This document shows, in pieces, positions 24,675-35,519 of a DNA stretch of 64,000 bases (position 1 is its first letter; every line of letters begins with the position of its first letter). The translations under genes and the position numbers were made by a program. Under the pieces are notes generated by a model that saw nothing but the letters and a program-made list of their open reading frames with translations, did no database searches and was not told the DNA's origin. The DNA is taken from assembly GCF_032444005.1 (NCBI RefSeq), contig NC_091288.1:182714001-182778000 (forward strand). The letters run 5' to 3'. The stretch is from Ranitomeya imitator (Eukaryota).

Positions 24675-25150
24675 TGTCACGACTCTGTTGTTGGGTGTCC
24701 CGGGACCAGGTTCTCCTTCCCTGTCCTTAACGCTAGGGGCGTCCTAGCTCGGCCTGTTCCCCAGATTACTTCTGATGGTGAAGACGCCGGGGCCACATTC
24801 CTTGCCTTAGCTCCTGAATCCGCTCTCTCTGTACCCTTCCCCCGCCCAGGGAAGAGGGGAGTAGTGTACTGTAGTACACCAACCTGAAAAACAAGGTAAT
24901 ACAAACAGGGGTTACGAAAAAATACCAAACATACAAGTATACTCACAGAGACAACAGAGGAATGCACTGGGGAATGGAGAGATGGAGTTAAACCAAAGTA
25001 GGAGAACAAAGGGAATTGTCACACACTCAAAACCTTGCAACGGTCACAGATAAATCCACCAAACGCCTTCTCCAGTAATAACCACCAACAACCTCCAGCC
25101 ATGCAGCAAAAACTAGCTCTGACAATGAGTGCTAGCCAGGACCCAGAGTA
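24675..25150. mobile_element. Partial LTR-like fragment
   Basis: Starts TGTCACG and resembles the 23599 LTR in composition (CCCTGTCC.., ACAAACAGGG). No matching right end or TSD found. Confidence 0.45.
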
Positions 25151-25982
25151 TGTAGGAGATGGGAGTGACTAACAGTGCACAGCTGAGAGCCTCCCTTCTA
25201 TCAGCAATTTGGAATTATAAAAATTGTTCAGACTCCCTTATTTCAAACCTTACATTTATTACTATTTTCATGCAGAGTTTAAAGGGCACGAAAAATACTC
25301 TCTCACAGTATCTTTTTAGTTGTTTGCTTGAAGGGTCCACTGATGAGAAAGTGATATTGGGGTGTCCCTCACCTGGATTTCCCAGCGATCTACTGCAATC
25401 AGTGTGAAAACCTATCAGGAAGTGTAATTTCTCTTACAGCGCCACCACAGGACAAATAAAGTATTACATGGTCATCATTAAAATCAACAGGCTGTCAAAG
25501 CATAAGTCCTCCAAAGCTAGAAACACTCTTTTGTAGATGCTCAAAACATGCCTATGAGGCCGTCAAGTTTGGGTCTGAAGATAAGCGGACAGTCTGTGCA
25601 TTGCAGTCTGTGCTTGGGCTGAGTTTCATGGACATGTGTATAAGCCATAACTTGGACAATAGATAAGGGTCCTAAACGAGAGTCCACCATCTAATACAGG
25701 GGTGGGCAATTAATTTTGCCATGGGGCCGCATGAGAAATTTGGATGGTTTTAGAGGGCCGGACTAATATAATTAACTAATTTTTACCCAATACTGTAGTA
25801 TACATATACTATATTTTCATGAACAAACAGTATGTTAAACAATGCAGAGATTATCCAGGCCCCATAATGTCCAGATTTCATTAGTGCCCCCATAATGTCT
25901 AGATTTCATTAGTGCCCCCATAACGTCCAGATTTCATTCATTAGTGCCCCCATAATGTCCAGATTTCATTAGTGCAGGTAAT

Positions 25983-26595
25983 AACCCAGTGCACAAGTAT
26001 AGAGGAGCAGATAATAACCCAGAGCACAAGTACAGAGGAGCAGATAACTCAGAGCACAAGTACAGAGGAGCAGATAACCCAGAGCACAAGTACAGAGGAG
26101 CAGATAACTCAGAGCACAAGTACAGAGGAGCAGATAACTCAGAGCACAAGTACAGAGGAGCAGATAACCCAGAGCACAAGTACAGAGGAGCAGATAACCC
26201 AGAGCACAAGTACAGAGGAGCAGATAACCCAGAGCACAAGTACAGAGGAGCAGATAACCCAGAGCACAAGTACAGAGGAGCAGATAACTCAGAGCACAAG
26301 TACAGAGGAGCAGATAACCCAGAGCACAAGTACAGAGGAGCAGATAACCCAGAGCACAAGTACAGAGGAGCAGATAACCCAGAGCACAAGTACAGAGGAG
26401 CAGATAACCCAGAGCACAAGTACAGAGGAGCAGATAACCCAGAGCACAAGTACAGAGGAGCAGATAACCCAGAGCACAAGTACAGAGGAGCAGATAACCC
26501 AGAGCACAAGTACTGAGGAGCAGATAACCCAGAGCCCAAGTACAGCGGAGCAGATGACCCAGTGCGCAAGTACTGAGGAGCAGATAACCCAGAGC
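25983..26595. repeat. 30-bp minisatellite (AGAGCACAAGTACAGAGGAGCAGATAACCC)n, about 20 units
   Basis: Directly visible, highly homogeneous. Source of the EEQITQSTST, HKYRGADNPE and CSGLSAPLYL ORFs. Confidence 0.97.
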
Positions 26596-26818
26596 CCTTA
26601 CCACCGACCACCGGCACCGTCCGACTCCACAAGTGACCTCAGTACAGCGCTGCAGTGCCACACAGAACACCGGCGCAACGGAGCAGAGCAGCAGCATGTG
26701 TCACGCTGAGGGACGTCACCTGCTGCTGGCGCTTCCCTGATGCGGAAGTGCCAGCGGCGGTCAGCGCCTCTCAGCGGACAGGAGTTTGAATGCAGGGCGC
26801 ACAGGCGCAGGCGTGGCT

Positions 26819-26982
26819 GAAGGGAAGGGGAGCCGAGCGGTGCCTGGGGCGGCGGGCGGCAAGGGAAGGGGAGCCGAGCGGTGCCTGGGGCGGCGGGCGG
26901 CAAGGGAAGGGGAGCCGAGCGGTGCCTGGGGCGGCGGGCGGCAAGGGAAGGGGAGCCGTGCGGTGCCTGGGGCGGCGGGCCG
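26819..26982. repeat. ~41-bp GC-rich tandem repeat, about 4 units (AGGGAAGGGGAGCCGAGCGGTGCCTGGGGCGGCGGGCGGCA)
   Basis: Directly visible inside the hAT element. Confidence 0.9.
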
Positions 26983-28199
26983 TTTACAACCGTCAGGCGG
27001 GCCGGATGCGGCCCGCGGGCCGCATCTTGCCCAGGTCTGATCTAATATTATCTTGAAGTTTTTAGACCAGACCATTATAAAAAGGCTATATGAGACTTAC
27101 ATGGTTTATCAATAAGTCTGGCAACCGGCACAAAAAAAAAAAAAATGGGAACACATCTATAATATGCTGTCAAAATTAGTTACCGTAATTCATCAATTAC
27201 AGATGAAAACCTGACATGTTAACAAAGCCTTATTTTATTGACTGAATCGCCCCTTTAATGTCCTTTTTAAATAAATTCTATAAGCTTTATTATGTAAGAA
27301 ACATTTACTTCACTATTGTTTTGCCCAACGTACTACACATCCCTTCAATGTTGGCCTTGGAGACCGGAATGTGACAGTATTGGGGCATCTTCTCCTTCAT
27401 GCATGTGAGCTGCCACAAGAGAACCCGACCCCGTTATCTCGGCCGGTGCCAAACACCTGCTCTAGGTACTGATCTCTTGCTCAGGAACCACCTCTTTTGG
27501 CAAAATAGGGGCATTTAGTATAAGGGGAGTCACATGACATATAGGAAATTTTGCAGACAATGCTTTTTTGGCAACAAGACGCACGGAGATGGGTGTTCTA
27601 CAATGTTCTGCTCTGCTCCCTAAATTCCGTCCTTCTTGTAAGAATTCTATAAAGTATGTGGAGAATTCTAGTAGCAGCACTCCCCATCTTTCCTCCAAGA
27701 CCTGTTTTGTTATTCTTCATCTGCGATGTAATCGTGTGGAGCGTCAAGGGGCCAAATTTGCAAATTTTCATAGTTCAAATGTGAATAAAAACTGAGCCTT
27801 GTTTCTTAGCTGTGACTGTAATGAATCAAATTGACTTGGCTCAGAAGAAGCTAGATAAGAGTGACAGACAAGGAAGTAACGATTACGGTTGTGACCAGGC
27901 CCGTCCGGTTGAGGGGTCCGTCGACGCCAGCTCAAACTTCAACTGGATGTGCGTTCTCGGACACATATTGAACTCGTGTATTACGCCGCAGAGACTTGTC
28001 AGGTCTGTGCGCTGCAATACACACTGTTGGCCAATCAGAGGCCAGCAGTTTGACGTTGTCGTGCACTTGACTGGTGGCGCATGGCAGTGACATCATGGTC
28101 TCCTGTCACTGCACACTGAAGTCAGCTGACGTTTTCAGAAGAGGGCAGAGGAGGAAGTATAATTTCTTTTTTCTGTGCATTAAATAACAGCCGCAGAAT

Positions 28200-28567
28200 G
28201 GGGGACATATATACCAGGGGGTGGCCCAGGATAAGGGACATATGTACCAGGATGGGATATATATATCCCAGGATGGGGCCCAGAATAAGGAACAACTTAC
28301 CAGGATGGAGCCCAGGATGGGGCCCAGCATAAGGGACATCCCAGGATGGGATATATATATACCAGGATGGGGCCCAGAATAAGGAACAACTTACCAGGAT
28401 GGAGCCCAGGATGGGGCCCAGCATAAGGGACATATTGCCAGGATAATCTTTTATTTTTATATAGCGCTAACATATTCCGCAGCGCTTTACAGTTTTGCAC
28501 ACATTATCATCACTGTCCCCGATGGGGCTCACAATCTAGAATCCCGATCAGTATGTCTTTGGAATGT

Positions 28568-28598
<31 letters not shown>

Positions 28599-28856
28599 AC
28601 ACAAACACGGAGAGAACATACAAACTCTTTGCAGATGTTGTCCTGGGTGGGATTAGAACCCAGGACCCCAGCGCTGCAAGTCTGCAGTGCTAACCACTGC
28701 GCCACCGTGCTGCCCATAAGGATAAGGGACATGTTGCCAGGATGGGGCTCAGGATAAGGGACATGTTGCCAGGATAAGGGACATGTTGCCAGGATTGGGA
28801 TATAAATACCAGAATGAGACCCAGGATAAGGGACATATATACCATAATGGGGAATA
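28200..28856. repeat. Degenerate CCAGGATGGGGCCCAG/ATAAGGGACATAT minisatellite, continuing at 30442-30525
   Basis: Repeated units visible, including a ~99-bp direct duplication around 28251-28440. Interrupted by a SINE and a Tc1. Confidence 0.85.
28445..28715 (-). mobile_element. tRNA-derived V-SINE-like element
   Basis: Reverse strand: GGGCAGCACGGTGGCGCAGTGGTTAGCAC (A box), GGTTCTAATCC (B box), V-domain-like GTGGGTTTCCTCCGGGCACTCCGGTTTCCTCCCACA, A-rich tail. Confidence 0.85.
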
Positions 28857-28858
28857 TA

Positions 28859-30441
28859 CAATGCCTACAAGTAGTATTCAACCCCCTGCAGATTTAGCAG
28901 GTTTAATAAGATGCAAATAAGTTAGAGCCTTCAAACTTCAAACAAGAGCAGGATTTAGTAACAGATGCATAAATCTTACAAACCAAAAAGTTTTGTTGCT
29001 CAGTTAAATTTTTATAAATTTTAAACATAAAAGTGTGGGTCAATTTTTATTCAACCCCTAGGTTTAATATTTTGTGGAATAACCTTTGTTTGCAATTACA
29101 GCTAATAATCATCTTTTATAAGACCTGATCAGGCCAGCACAGGTCTCTGGAGTTATCTTGGCCCACTCCTCCATGCAGATCTTCTCCAAGTTGTCTAGGT
29201 TCTTTGGGTGTCTCATGTGGACTTTAATCTTGAGCTCCTTCCACAAGTTTTCAATTGGGTTAAGGTCAGGAGACTGACTAGGCCACTGCAACACCTTGAT
29301 TTTTTGCCTCTTGAACCAGGCCTTGGTTTTCTTGGCTGTGTGCTTTGGGTCGTTGTCTTGTTGGAAGATGAAATGACGACCCATCTTAAGATCCTTGATG
29401 GAGGAGCGGAGGTTCTTGGCCAAAATCTCCAGGTAGGCCGTGCTATCCATCTTCCCATGGATGCGGACCAGATGGCCAGGCTCCTTGGCTGAGAAACAGC
29501 CCCACAGCATGATGCTGCCACCACCATGCTTGACTGTAGGGATGGTATTCTTGGGGTCGTATGCAGTGCCATCCAGTCTCCAAACGTCACGTGTGTGGTT
29601 GGCACCAAAGATCTCGATCTTGGTCTCATCAGACCAGAGAACCTTGAACCAGTCAGTCTCAGAGTCCTCCAAGTGATCATGAGCAAACTGTAGACGAGCC
29701 TTGACATGACGCTTTGAAAGTAAAGGTACCTTACGGGCTCGTCTGGAACGGAGACCATTGCGGTGGAGTACGTTACTTATGGTATTGACTGAAACCAATG
29801 TCTCCACTGCCATGAGATCTTCCCGGAGCTCCTTCCTTGTTGTCCTTGGGTTAGCCTTGACTCTTCGGACAAGCCTGGCCTCGGCACGGGAGGAAACTTT
29901 CAAAGGCTGTCCAGGCCGTGGAAGGCTAACAGTAGTTCCATAAGCCTTCCACTTCCGGATGATGCTCCCAACAGTGGAGACAGGTAGGCCCAACTCCTTG
30001 GAAAGGGTTTTGTACCCCTTGCCAGCCTTGTGACCCTCCACGATCTTGTCTCTGGTGGCCTTGGAATGCTCCTTTGTCTTTCCCATGTTGACCATGTATG
30101 AGTGCTGTTCACAAGTTTGGGGAGGGTCTTAAATAGTCAGAAAAGGCTGGAAAAAGAGATAATTAATCCAAACATGTGAAGCTCACTGTTCTTTGTGCCT
30201 GAACTACTTCTTAATACTTTAGGGGAACCAAACAGAATTCTGGTGGGTTGAATAATAAATGACCCTCTGAAAAGATTTTTCACAATTTAAAAAAAAAAAT
30301 AAAGAAATAACATTCTTTTTTGCTGCAGTGCATTTCACACTTCCAGGCTGATCTACAATCCAAATGTCACAATGCCAAGCTAATTCCAAATGTGTAAACC
30401 TGCTAAATCTGCAGGGGGTTGAATACTACTTGTAGGCACTG
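28859..30441 (-). mobile_element. Near-intact Tc1 transposon (1583 bp) with TA target duplication
   Basis: TIRs CA(A/G)TGCCTACAAGTAGTATTCAACCCCCTGCAGATTTAGCAGGTTT at both ends; TA at 28857-28858 and 30442-30443. Confidence 0.95.
29064..30095 (-). pseudogene. Tc1 DD34E transposase; open for 328 aa, then one in-frame TGA (29109-29111) 15 codons before the natural stop
   Basis: Paired-like N-terminus, GRPR-like PGQP linker, WSDETK, QQDNDPKH, SPDLNPIENLW. After the TGA the frame continues LLAVIANKGYSTKY then TAA at 29066-29064. Confidence 0.92.
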
Positions 30442-30998
30442 TATATACCAGGATGTTCCCAGGATGGGGGACGTGTATACCAGGTAAGGGATATGTATAC
30501 CAGGATGGGGGACATATACAGTAGGATGAATGGAGTGTCAGTGCACGTGTGACCTCCTCTAAGGGGAAGCTTTTCTTGTGATCAGTAGGTGTATCGGCTG
30601 CAGGACCCCCAGCGATCGTACATTTATTACCTATCCTGTGTATCGCTGGTGATCTTCCTAAGCCAAGCCCTTTTACAAATGTTCTGCTTATGTTTTATTG
30701 GTTTTGTTCCAGGCACTTAGTGGATGTCAAGGATTATAATAAACATGGCTGCCTTCTTATAGAAACTGTGCCGGCGGTCATGGGTTATTTGTGGCTCCAT
30801 TCACTTCTATAGAGCGGAGTTGCAATACCACACACAACCCATGGTCAGGGGTGGCGCTGTTTCTGAAAGGAAGCACTCATGTTTTTCTAATCCTGCACAG
30901 CAGCTATAATTTCATTTAAACCTTGAAAAGCAACATTTGCCACTAGCTTTAACAAAATGTTCTTGCATCAAGATAAATGAATATTCTTTTTTCGTTAG

Positions 30999-31142
30999 GT
31001 CTCCACTGTCATCAATGGTTTTTGGGACAAATGCCCTCTTCACAAAACCTGCCCAGTCCCTGGCACCTATGTTGGTCGTTACTATTCTCAATCAGTATGG
31101 ATATGAAAACCTGACCAACAAAGTGGATCAGCCAGATCCCAG
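30999..31142 (+). CDS. MFSD13B: MFSD13B-type protein, coding exon 5 (144 nt)
   Basis: Acceptor TTCGTTAG|G; SPLSSMVFGTNALFTKPAQSLAPMLVVTILNQYGYE resembles TMEM180 [23 protein letters not shown]. Donor AG|GTGAGT; phase 2-2. Confidence 0.92.
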
Positions 31143-31576
31143 GTGAGTCGCACCCCGGTGATATGTCTCTACGCTGCCCTATATTAGCTAGCCACTGTAA
31201 CGCCCCTCCTACACACATGCATTCCCGGGGAAGTTATTAGATCGCATAGTAACAGCATGCTGAAATGAAGAAGAATACGTTGGGGGTTTTTTGTCTTGCA
31301 GTCATAGCTCCCTTATTTAATTTATATTCATTAATTCTGGTCATCTCCGAAAATAAATATATATGATCAAAGGCTTCATTGGGGCATATGTAATATTTGC
31401 TTTATGACTGCTGTGAAGATCCATCACTAAAAAGGCCATTTGGCGCCATCCACTGGTGAGATGGTAGAAGGCCTAGCTTTTTCTATAGCAGCAAATAACT
31501 TTATATGTGTGCATATGTATGAATGTGTAGTGTACATATATTGGTGTGTACATATATTTCACACCAGCAGAAATTT

Positions 31577-31614
<38 letters not shown>

Positions 31615-31720
31615 TACATACCCACCCTATGTGTATAATATAAATTATTCCCTGCTGCTGGTGTGAAATGATTTTGGATCATTTATTCTGGCCATTAATA
31701 AAATTAACTTTAATATTCAG

Positions 31721-31850
31721 TTTATTTCTAGGCCTCCATGACGCCATGTTCTACCTGACGTGCATCATTCCTCTCTGTATAGCCGCCATACAGATCACCA
31801 TCTGGACGCCATACTCCATTCGGAACAGTCATGTGACCAATACACATTGA
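31721..31850 (+). CDS. MFSD13B: MFSD13B-type protein, last coding exon (130 nt including stop)
   Basis: Phase-2 acceptor TATTCAG|T; LFLGLHDAMFYLTCIIPLCIAAIQITIWTPYSIRNSHVTNTH* resembles TMEM180 [26 protein letters not shown]. TGA at 31848-31850. Confidence 0.88.
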
Positions 31851-32519
31851 GCCGCTAAATATACAATAACTTTCTGATTATCTCACCGGTGCCTTTTACA
31901 TTTTGTTTTAATATCTGTACGGTAAGAAAAATCCCAGAAAGGACTTTTTTTTTTTACCGACTTGGGAGAACTTTTCACTTTTCTGTTTTATGGTGAATTT
32001 GGGACAAGTTGAGTCTCTTTAGCTGCGGATGACGTCGCTCCTTGTGTACATAGATCAGAGCTAGAATTCTCGCCTCTTTTGTATAGTGCTAATAGGAAGC
32101 TTAGACATTGAAGGGGTTTCCCTATCAGGCCAGTCTTTGTCTTTAGGCCTTACTAGAGCATATAGACATCATTGGGGAACCCCTATCAGTCTGACGGGGG
32201 CCATCCATGTGCCAGACCCTCGGTGAGAACAATGACAGCGCTCCCATGCAAGGGCTTGTCCATGAAGAGGCGGCTCACTTGCTGTATCATTCTCCGCCAT
32301 GAATGGATGACTGACATATACTGTAAATGACCTATCCATCTGCTAATATTCACAGGCAGCTTTTTCTGGTATGGCTCCATGTTGAAATTAGAAGCACTAT
32401 AGACAATAGTCATAGTATGCCCAGTATAAATCTGCATTACTGGGTTTATCAGACTAGATAATACCCGACTTTTGTCCTGTGAGTAACTGACAGATCACCA
32501 AGGAAAGAGAAATATAATC

Positions 32520-32560
<41 letters not shown>

Positions 32561-32668
32561 GTATATGTATGTATAATATGGTTCTCCGTGGAGTCTCGGC
32601 ATTTCTTCGTATTGTACATAATGAGTAATATAAATGGTTACTGCCTTAGTCGTACATGGATGTCCTGT

Positions 32669-32674
32669 AATAAA
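32669..32674 (+). terminator. Candidate polyadenylation signal AATAAA for MFSD13B
   Basis: First clear AATAAA I noticed downstream of the stop codon, about 820 nt away. Usage not demonstrated. Confidence 0.4.
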
Positions 32675-32876
32675 TGTGAAGCGCTTAGTACTGTGACTAC
32701 CAGCCCACTACATGCACTCATGTGGAGACAGGATGTCAGTCTCTGACTTCCTGTGAACTACAGGATGACATCGCCACCAATCAAATCCTTCCTGGCATCT
32801 CTCGGACCCCTCTCCTGACCTTCTAGCGCCACTCTCCCTGTGCCTCTGTATGTCGGCCCACACAGCTAGTGATATC

Positions 32877-33494
32877 TGTCACGGCGGTAACCTGCATCCC
32901 TCCTCAGCACGCCTCTACTCACTGTTTGGTTTCTGCCCACGTTCAGGTCGTCCCGCTGAGTCTGCTTCTGCAGCATCTACATATGGCCTTCATATAGCCT
33001 TAAGGGGCATGGCCGGTCTATGCAGGAACTTAACCCTGCTGGGTCCTGTAGAGATTAGCTTCCTCGGCCAATCCCTTGCTAGCAGGGCCTTTTTTAGACA
33101 GCTCCTCCTACCACTTCTTGCTCAAACGTTAGTTCCTATCCTGATAGCACCCATCTATGCATTTGTCCATATTCCGTTTTCCGTTAACGACCCGGCTTGT
33201 TTACATGTCCTATCTAACCTCACTGATCCTGCCGTCGACTACTTAAACTGATCCTGTGCTGCCTTCCCCGACCTCAGACCTTTTGACTATACTTCTGTTT
33301 TGCCCCTTGTACCTGTGCCTCTGACCCTCCAGTCAGCTGCTGCCGAACCGGGGACTGTTCTGGAGTGGTACCTGGTGACTACCGGTGGCAAAGCCTATCC
33401 TCACCACCAGAGGCTCTCGTGAATAGCCGGAAAATACTTAGTTCTGCCCCTCCTGGCAATGCCCGGCCCGTGGTCCACACCCACCAGGATTACA
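32877..33494. mobile_element. Solo LTR (618 bp)
   Basis: TG..CA ends (TGTCACGG..GATTACA) with 5-bp TSD ATATC at 32872-32876 and 33495-33499. Confidence 0.82.
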
Positions 33495-34051
33495 ATATCC
33501 TAGAAGCAAGAATGATGTGAGACCCTGCCCCTCTGCAAAGTACGTGACATCACGGGAAATATAGAAATAATCACGGGAAATATAGCCTACATTATGGAAA
33601 CTATGTCTGCCATATTACCACCAAGAGCAGCTACGGAGATCCAGCGTTGAACCTGGGGGGGGGTGACTAAAGCAAAATTTGTTCTTTTTTTTTTCTGCTA
33701 ATGAAGCGGATAGGAAAAAACGTTTCTGAAAGGGGAAACTCCATTAAATTTATAAGAACAAAAGTGGAACCGCACAATTCAGAGCCCTAAGAAAATATGC
33801 TCAAAAATAGAGACGATCACAAGTTTTAGCGAGTCCTAGCCCTGACACTAAGGGCACAAACACCATACGGTGCAGGCCAATTGCCTTTAAAATGGAAAAA
33901 ATATATATAATCTTATCATATGGGGATCAGGCTGAATCCATATTAAGCGAGTATTTTAATTACCGATACTTGCCATTTTCACTGTGAGCCCTTTACAGTT
34001 TCCATTACATAATCTTCCGATGTCGATGTCAGAAACATTATAAATTTGCAG

Positions 34052-34202
34052 NNNNNNNNNNNNNNNNNNNNNNNNNNNNNNNNNNNNNNNNNNNNNNNNN
34101 NNNNNNNNNNNNNNNNNNNNNNNNNNNNNNNNNNNNNNNNNNNNNNNNNNNNNNNNNNNNNNNNNNNNNNNNNNNNNNNNNNNNNNNNNNNNNNNNNNNN
34201 NN
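34052..34202. other. Assembly gap (151 N)
   Basis: Run of N. Confidence 1.
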
Positions 34203-34355
34203 GTAAACGTTTTCTGGTAAGTGTAGAATTATAGCGTCGGGAGGGAAGATTTTGAGGCATTATTGTGACAGTAGTAGTAAGCCAGTGTCCTCAGTGACAC
34301 GTATCACGATATCCAAGTGTCGAGGTGTAAATGATGTGTTCTACCTATAAACTAT

Positions 34356-34634
34356 GATGTACAATAACAAATTGTGTTGTGGTACCGTGTTAGCCAGAAA
34401 AATCGATGTGAATACTTTTCTGCCCAATGATGACAGAAGTATTCTAGGAGTGATAATATGTTTGCAAGCTTTCAAAGCACAGTGGCTCCTTCTTCAGGCA
34501 AGAAGGCAAGGTAATCTTGCCTGAAGAAGGAGCCACTGTGGTCTGAAAGTTTGCAAACATATTATTTTCTGGTTAGCCAATAAAGGTATCACTCCTAGAA
34601 TACTTCTGTCATCATTGGGCAGAAAAGTATTCAC
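34356..34634. mobile_element. Penelope-like element remnant (inverted pseudo-LTRs) with hammerhead-like motifs
   Basis: 13-bp TSD ACCTATAAACTAT (34343-34355, 34635-34647). Internal inverted repeat; CTGAAGA..GAAA on both strands; GGTACCGTGTTAGCCAG and TTAGCCAATAAAGGTATCA end motifs. Confidence 0.75.
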
Positions 34635-35235
34635 ACCTATAAACTATCACATGGGGTTGTAACCATATTACTTACTGAATTAAGTGGTTGTATTATCAGT
34701 GGCCCTATGGTGCCTTTTATACTGACCTCCTGGACCAGCTCTGTTCTTAGCCCTGTGTCCCCCGCCGGTCTCATCACCTAAGTGATGTCAAATGACGGCT
34801 GAAGTCAATAGGCGGGAGCTGATCGGCTGCTAAAAAGTCTGTTCTGCTCAGACAAAGCTGTGAGCGCTGCAGGCAATCAGTGGCCACCTACTGTGTACGT
34901 CAGTCGTATGACACAGCTTTATCATGAAACCAGCGGGGGACACACGGCTCAGAACATGGCTGCTTCGGGAGGGATGTATTGAGGCTTTATTTCAGCATCC
35001 TGGGGCCGCTAGTCTTGTAGTGGGGACCAACCCTTTAAATAATTTTTTTTAGCTTTTGTTTACTTAGTTTTTTTTGTGATGGGTGACTATGTATTTTTAT
35101 GTTTTTAAGTATGGAAACATCAAATATTTTGTATTGTTCTGTCTACCAGTAAGGTTTTTAAATTAAAACATTGTTCTAAATCAAACTTTGTGCATCGTTT
35201 GTTTTTCGGGGTTTCAGTTTGTAGCAGGCAAAGAA

Positions 35236-35463
35236 GTATTTATTATACTTACTGATCTAGCGCCAACATATTCTGTATCACTTTGCAGACATCATCCTCG
35301 CTGTCCCCATTGAAGCTTACAATCTAGATTCCCCACCAGTATGTATGGAGTGTGAGAAGAATCCCCCACGCAAACACTACCGCATACAAATTATTTTCAG
35401 ATGTTTTCCTTGTCGTCCAGCGCTGCGAGGCTGTAGTGCTAACCACTGAGCCACCGTGCTGCC
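35236..35463 (-). mobile_element. Second, more decayed V-SINE-like copy
   Basis: Shares TAGCGCCAACATATT, GCTGTCCCC..TTACAATCTAGA and GTGCTAACCACTGAGCCACCGTGCTGCC with 28445-28715. Confidence 0.75.
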
Positions 35464-35519
35464 ATGCTAAAGTGAATAGGACTAACTCTTGAGTATGGCT
35501 GTATCACTCGCAGACCATT

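Larger units (their letters stand above)
25697..27039. mobile_element. Non-autonomous hAT-type element filled with tandem arrays
   Basis: Perfect 8-bp TSD ATCTAATA (25689-25696, 27040-27047). Ends CAGGGGTGGGCAA and TTGCCCAGGTCTG; subterminal GCGGCCCGCGGGCCGC typical of hAT/Charlie MITEs. Confidence 0.88.

Noticed and set aside
25934-26709. Mucin/antifreeze-like repetitive ORFs and a CRISPR-like regular array
   Set aside because: Head-to-tail 30-bp units with no unique spacers, inside a hAT MITE in a vertebrate intron. No cas genes and no splice support.
28640-28715. tRNA-like sequence
   Set aside because: It is the pol III head of a SINE; no complete cloverleaf.
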